Source: Candidatus Bathyarchaeota archaeon (lineage in GTDB: Archaea; Thermoproteota; Bathyarchaeia; Bathyarchaeales; Bathycorpusculaceae). From it: a DNA stretch of 64,000 nucleotides. The stretch lies in contig CAWGYA010000002.1 in the NCBI GenBank assembly GCA_963826715.1, positions 128,001 to 192,000 of the forward strand, written 5' to 3'. The notes beneath the pieces were generated by a model that was given only the letters and a program-made list of their open reading frames with translations, was not told the DNA's origin and did not search any database. The translations under genes and the position numbers were made by a program. This document shows, piece after piece, positions 59,225-64,000 of the stretch (position 1 is the first letter of the stretch; every line of letters begins with the position of its first letter).

Positions 59225-59765
59225 AAATATACTCGTTGCAGCCGGACAATTCAAGAATGACGTTGAGGGTATTCTAAGACCTTATCAAAAAGCACCTTTC
59301 ACGATATCAAGTACGGCAACAACGATTGATCTCTTATTTAGCAGATTTCATGCAGTGGCTAAACAATTGCAAAAAAGGCAGAGACAAAGGCAATTTGAAG
59401 TAATCGATGAATATGATGTCCAAGATGTGCTTCATTCTTTGCTCAAAATTTACTTTGCTGATATCAGAGCTGAAGAATATTGCCCGAGTTATGCGGGTAC
59501 ATGCGCCAGACTTGATTTTTTCTTACGTGTAGAGGGTTTAGCGATTGAAGCAAAAATGGCAGGTAGGAAGCATAACGCCCAAAAAATACGAGAAGAGCTG
59601 ATTTTGGACAAAGCGTATTACAGCAAGAGACATGACATTAAAACCTTATACTGCTTAGTTTACGACCCAAACGAAATTATCCCGAATGCACCCGGCTTTG
59701 AATATGATTTAGGCGAAAAAACTGCACGCTATGAAGTAAAGGTGTACATAGTACCAAAGAGATAA
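59154..59765 (+). CDS. PD-(D/E)XK nuclease, REase DpnII-MboI-like domain
   Basis: RFHAVAKQL, DEYDVQDVLHSLL, EEYCPSYAG..RLDF, IEAK, CLVYDP; start uncertain because it overlaps the upstream gene. Confidence 0.8.
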   Translation: MMFMTKSLSPSKNTYSPQTQKQIENILVAAGQFKNDVEGILRPYQKAPFTISSTATTIDLLFSRFHAVAKQLQKRQRQRQFEVIDEYDVQDVLHSLLKIYFADIRAEEYCPSYAGTCARLDFFLRVEGLAIEAKMAGRKHNAQKIREELILDKAYYSKRHDIKTLYCLVYDPNEIIPNAPGFEYDLGEKTARYEVKVYIVPKR

Positions 59766-59826
59766 TCTATTTCAGGTAACAATATGCGGTTCAATCAGTA
59801 GACTTACACCGCTTGCTATCCGGAAT

Positions 59827-60412
59827 TCAAATCAACCGATGTTCTTTTAGGGCTTCAAGAAATTTAACGGTTTTACGAATACAACGATAAAAAGTCCTGA
59901 AGTGGCAATTCTGTTTTTTACTTTGTCTGGAATGCTCTCTTTAGAATAGCGGTCACCCGTTTCAAATTTGATCTTCAATGCTTCTAAAATACCCGTTACA
60001 TAATCGTTAATTTCCTTATCCGCCTGCTCAAAGCTCATTGAAATAAAAGGAGTAGGAGCGGAATTTGTGGCAGATATTGGTATTTCAGGGCTATCATCCC
60101 AGAAATTAATAATGCGCTCCTCAGAAACTTGTAACTGCGAAATTATCTTCTTGATTTTATTCGATAATCATTTAATCTCTCTTGACGGTCTATGCTTCCT
60201 CCACCGAGAAAAAACCCTATATTTACTGCATTGCTAAATTGTTGAACTTCTTTTTCAGAAAATAGCTCTTGAATTAACGACTTAGTGCCATAGTACGCAC
60301 GATTATATCGCTCATCATTTCTATTTTCATAAGTTGCATGCTCCAATACGCTTTCGAACTCGCGGATTTTTTCCCTTATAAGTGCAAGAGCTTTTTCTTT
60401 CGAAACCGTCAT
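59827..60412 (-). pseudogene. Degraded gene with TIR-like/nucleotide-binding C-terminal domain
   Basis: ORFs 60143-60412 and 59847-60038 join through one frameshift near 60161; PFISMSF...KVKNRIATSGLFIVVF is TIR-like and then truncated. Confidence 0.6.
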
Positions 60413-60480
60413 TAGTACTTAACCCTATCATCCAAGCGTTGAGGTTGATATATTTATAATTTTCAGGTAGTGCCTTTCTT

Positions 60481-60635
60481 GCTTATAAGTAACAAGCGCT
60501 TAAATGTCGTACATGGAACTCGTAATAAAGAATTCTCGAGTTACCCCAGACGTTGTTGGAAAAACCGGTGAATTTCCAAAGTACACAACCCAGATTATGA
60601 ATCTTGCAAATCAAAATGCTCAAGGTACAGATTAA
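60481..60635 (+). repeat. Diverged copy of the promoter and first 39 codons of the MjaI-family REase gene
   Basis: ORF 60513-60635 MELVIKNSRVTPDVVGKTGEFPKYTTQIMNLANQNAQGTD* vs 61702 MEFVIKNSRVTADVIGKTLEFPKYTTQIMNLANQNAQGTR; shared GCTTATAAG-AACA-GCGCTTA upstream. Confidence 0.9.
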
Positions 60636-60650
60636 CAGTAAAGTTTGTTC

Positions 60651-60857
60651 TTAGTCTCTAAAACATTTGAAACATTGGCGAACATTTCGTTTTTGTGTTT
60701 TCTTAGCGAAGTCCTCAGCGTCCTTCGTTGTTTCAAATTCCTTACTCCAATAACCGCTTGCATCATATTCCTCCCGACCGACATACCAACCGCAAGAGCT
60801 TGAGTGAATGAAAGCCTTATTGTTTGGATGATTCACATAAACGACGTATTGCCCCAA
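60651..60857 (-). CDS. Small putative metal-binding protein (HxxxC...CxxC)
   Basis: IHSSSC...RQCFKC in 68 aa. Confidence 0.65.
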   Translation of the reverse strand: MGQYVVYVNHPNNKAFIHSSSCGWYVGREEYDASGYWSKEFETTKDAEDFAKKTQKRNVRQCFKCFRD

Positions 60858-61083
60858 TCGAAGACCCCAACGAGTCTTTTCTCCTAATTTGCTTTAAACC
60901 TTTTCGAACATTTGCTCCCTTAGTCGCATAACTCATAGTAATTTAATACAATTCAGCCGTTGTTTCTTCTTAGAAAGTGTTAAATACAATTTAAGTCCAA
61001 AGGGCTTACCGCTAAGAAGGCGAATATACCTGTCAGCGCAACGTGTTCAAGCAGAGCATGGTTTTGAGGAAACAAGACGATGC

Positions 61084-61620
61084 ATGTTAAAAGTTTATGC
61101 AAGCCACATACAAACACATGCAGGCTTGTTAATAGCAATAATCATTGGTACTTTTACACTGGTTTCGAGGTTTTCTGATTTCTATGTGCTAAGAAACAAT
61201 ACTATAACATTTGGTTTATTGCTGAGTTTTCTTGTTGGAGCAAGCGCTTTTTTACTACTGAGAATTCTCTATTGGGCTTTTTGTGATAACTGTGCCGTTA
61301 TTGTACGTTACAGTTCAATCTAAACTATTCAAAGTCAAAGTCAAAACTTGAGAGAAATCAAGTATGGCAAATCTAAGAAATCAGAAGCTGGGAAAGAACT
61401 AAACGAGTTCGAAAAAGAACCTATAACACAAACCAATGCCTTGGCATTTTTCATAAAAGAATACCTGAATGATCCAACTCAGTTTGATAGTAACGCCAAA
61501 TTAACTTTTTATCATAAGTTAGCACGTTTGAATAATTTAGGACGAATAGCAGCCGTTGCTATTACGACTTTGTTGTCGTTTTTTGTGTTTTTGCTTCTGA
61601 ATGGATTCTTATGGCAATAG
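61084..61620 (+). pseudogene. Membrane protein interrupted by an in-frame TAA (61321-61323)
   Basis: ORFs 61084-61323 and 61348-61620 are in the same frame with a single stop between them; three TM segments in total. Confidence 0.55.
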
Positions 61621-61701
61621 CATCATAAGCATATAGTTTGAACTTTTTACTGATAAAATCCTTTTTGTGTGCTTATAAGCAACACGCGCTTACTTTGAGC
61701 T

Positions 61702-62280
61702 ATGGAATTCGTAATTAAAAACTCGAGAGTTACCGCCGATGTTATCGGGAAAACTTTGGAATTCCCGAAATATACAACTCAAATTATGAATCTCGCCAAC
61801 CAGAATGCGCAAGGCACAAGACCTAAGGTAGTGGGTCAAATGTCAGAATTGATTGAAGAGTGCCCAAAAGGTCCTTACGATCAATGGGTCAAATGGTATT
61901 CCAATCGAATGCCTGAAGGTGTTGATGCTGCTACGGAGAGGGTTTATAGCATGATTCAAAACCTTGCTGAAGCATTCAAGCTTATTGATAAAGAGCTTGT
62001 ACATATATGGGTTGAAGATTTAGTTCTAACCAAAACATTTACTGGGTTTTGTTTTCAAGAAAGCATTCTGAAAACTATTGCGCAGAAAAAGTGGACTACT
62101 TACAGAAGGTCAACACCTGAAGAAGAATCACAATTTATCGATGGCTACATCGGTGAAACGCCAGTTTCAATCAAACCTGTGACCTATAAAACCAAAAACA
62201 TGCTTCATGAAAACATTAACATTAAACTAATTTATTATGAGAAGTTAAAGGATGGCATAAAAATAGAGTATGATTTTTAG
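61702..62280 (+). CDS. Type II restriction endonuclease, MjaI family
   Basis: FPKYTTQIMNLANQNAQGTRPKVVGQMSELI, DLVLTKTF.G, STPEEES..IDGYIG..PVSIKP.TY. Confidence 0.9.
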   Translation: MEFVIKNSRVTADVIGKTLEFPKYTTQIMNLANQNAQGTRPKVVGQMSELIEECPKGPYDQWVKWYSNRMPEGVDAATERVYSMIQNLAEAFKLIDKELVHIWVEDLVLTKTFTGFCFQESILKTIAQKKWTTYRRSTPEEESQFIDGYIGETPVSIKPVTYKTKNMLHENINIKLIYYEKLKDGIKIEYDF

Positions 62281-63389
62281 TTCTGTTTTATCCAATTCTT
62301 CAATGACTTTCCTTTTTGAATTAAACTATTATCTTCAATCTTGAAAGTAGGCTTTTCTTTGTATTCAATCTCAAATGCTCTATCTTTATTAACGATTTTC
62401 TTTAGCTCTGCAAATTCAATTTCAGTTTCTTGGCTTGTCATCACAGGAAAGCCATAAACGTTGCTAATATGACGTAATTCGCCTTTTTCGCCTGTACGTT
62501 TTTTGACAAACTCCAGATGAGCGTTGATTCTGGTTTCAATCAATTGGTTGGAAAAGTCAACAATCCCTTCAAAACGTGAAGATAAATGGTCTTCAAAGTT
62601 TGGGTCAATTTCAAAGCCTATACTGTTTCGTCCTGTTGACATTGCCGCCATCGTAGTTGTTCCAGTTCCTAAGAAGGGGTCTAAAACTTTATCTTCTCTT
62701 AGTGATAACATGTTTATGAGACGGTAAGCCAACTCGAACGGGTATGCACCACTTCTTTCGCGTATGTTTTTATCGATGTTATTTTGTTTTGTGCCCTTGA
62801 GGTCTTCCCACAAATCGGAAAACCACAGGTTACGCTCTTCCCAAAAGAATGCACTTTTTTGTCTTCTCAATTTTTCTTCTGGTGTTTTAAAATTGCGTTT
62901 GTTACCTTTTCTAAGAACCAAAATATGTTCATGCTCTAAGGTGACATACGCTCCTGCGGGGAGCATTCCAGAACCCATGAATTTGTTTGGAGCGTTGGTT
63001 TGTTTTCTCCACAAAATTTCAGGCAAGGAACTGAAACCTAAACTAACGCAATATTCGAGTATTCGTGAGTGATTGGAATATAGTTTGAATTCGTCACCAA
63101 TTTTTCTTGTGGCGTTGCCTATGTTTATGCATGCAAATCCGCCTTCTTTGAGAACTCTGAAAACTTCAGACCAGACTTTATCGAGCTCTTTATTCATTAA
63201 TTCAAAAGCTTGATTCCCATCTTTATTCGCTAAAGCTTCTCCGATTGATAGATTTTGTTTAGTAAAAATTTCGTCCCACATTTCAATCATTGGATAAGGA
63301 GGCGAAGTAATCATCAGATCGATTGAACGATCTTCTATCTCTTTCATGTTGTTGGCATTGCCGAAAGCTATCTTGTGAATAGTTTTCAT
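62277..63389 (-). CDS. Site-specific DNA methyltransferase (beta class, probably N4-cytosine)
   Basis: ITSPPY before VLDPFLGTGTT; convergent with and overlapping the REase stop. Confidence 0.93.
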   Translation of the reverse strand: MKTIHKIAFGNANNMKEIEDRSIDLMITSPPYPMIEMWDEIFTKQNLSIGEALANKDGNQAFELMNKELDKVWSEVFRVLKEGGFACINIGNATRKIGDEFKLYSNHSRILEYCVSLGFSSLPEILWRKQTNAPNKFMGSGMLPAGAYVTLEHEHILVLRKGNKRNFKTPEEKLRRQKSAFFWEERNLWFSDLWEDLKGTKQNNIDKNIRERSGAYPFELAYRLINMLSLREDKVLDPFLGTGTTTMAAMSTGRNSIGFEIDPNFEDHLSSRFEGIVDFSNQLIETRINAHLEFVKKRTGEKGELRHISNVYGFPVMTSQETEIEFAELKKIVNKDRAFEIEYKEKPTFKIEDNSLIQKGKSLKNWIKQN

Positions 63390-64000
63390 TGCATCATCGT
63401 GTGAGTATCTAATAATAAATGCTTTTGGCTGGCACTCAAGAAATGAAAAATCTCTTTGATAAGTGAAAGTATGTTATTAGTTAGACTATTGGAATAAACA
63501 AAAAAAAAGTATCATTGCCTGCATATTCAGGATTTTTAGGTTATTATTTTCTTGAAAAATAATTAAAATTTCTCTGTAAACTCGAAACAAGGTCAAACTT
63601 ACCTTAATTCATCGAATAACGCAATATTTCAAGGTATATGTGCTGAATCTTTGATTATATAAAACATTCCTCCACAATATTTACGTGGTGAACATCTCAG
63701 CGCGAATTTGTTCTAAGAATAATAAAATATGCCTCAGAGCACCACAGATTTTAGCTTTCCATATTGAAATTTTCAAGTGAGTTATCAATTGGATTAACTA
63801 CGGAACTACATAAAAGAGTTGTATAAATAAACGCTCTCATTTCATAACTCGGACAATATTTAATTGTAAAGCAAGGGCTAAATATTTTTTTTGCGATCCA
63901 TCTTCTTTGTGCCTTTTATTATTAGTTTATTTCTTAGGAAAAACACGACATCAGGAGTAAAAATAGATAAAGATGCCAAAAAGAAATTCAATGGAAACAC

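Larger units (their letters stand above)
58132..64000. mobile_element. tRNA-Ala-anchored defence/genomic island; right boundary not visible
   Basis: Directly after the tRNA the content switches to nucleases, an R-M system, gene fragments and a partial duplication. Confidence 0.65.

Noticed and set aside
63390-64000. AT-rich tail checked for attR, CRISPR repeats and ORFs
   Set aside because: No tRNA 3' repeat, regularly spaced repeats or long ORF seen by eye.
1-64000. CRISPR arrays, rRNA genes, transposases
   Set aside because: None recognised anywhere in the window.

Overview
Archaeal chromosomal DNA, most likely from a Candidatus Bathyarchaeia (TACK) genome. That assignment is an inference from ribosomal protein eL22, FtsZ together with an ESCRT-III/Snf7 protein, an HdrA-MvhD fusion, a crenarchaeal-type tRNA splicing endonuclease and a PQQ-like beta-propeller relic. 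Bases 1-58 kb are mostly housekeeping and metabolic genes: a P-type ATPase missed by the ORF track, asnS, ftsZ, glgP, purA, endA, glyS, hdrA-mvhD and rpl22e. From tRNA-Ala(GGC) at 58054-58131 to the end is a decaying defence island with a DpnII/MboI-like nuclease pair, a broken TIR-like gene, an MjaI-family type II R-M system and a diverged copy of that REase's promoter and 5' end. The most interesting items are: (1) a divergent cis-prenyltransferase-fold protein resembling Mycobacterium Rv3378c, overlapping a UbiA/DGGGP-synthase-like gene; (2) an operon joining BzdP/BzdQ-like ATPases and a ferredoxin to a single double-cubane-type reductase plus membrane redox proteins; (3) a box C/D sRNA predicted to guide 16S Cm1402; (4) an unexplained 151-nt rod-shaped RNA-like hairpin; (5) a three-way-junction leader in front of an unannotated Cys/His microprotein. 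All family calls are from motif recognition by eye; no searches were run.
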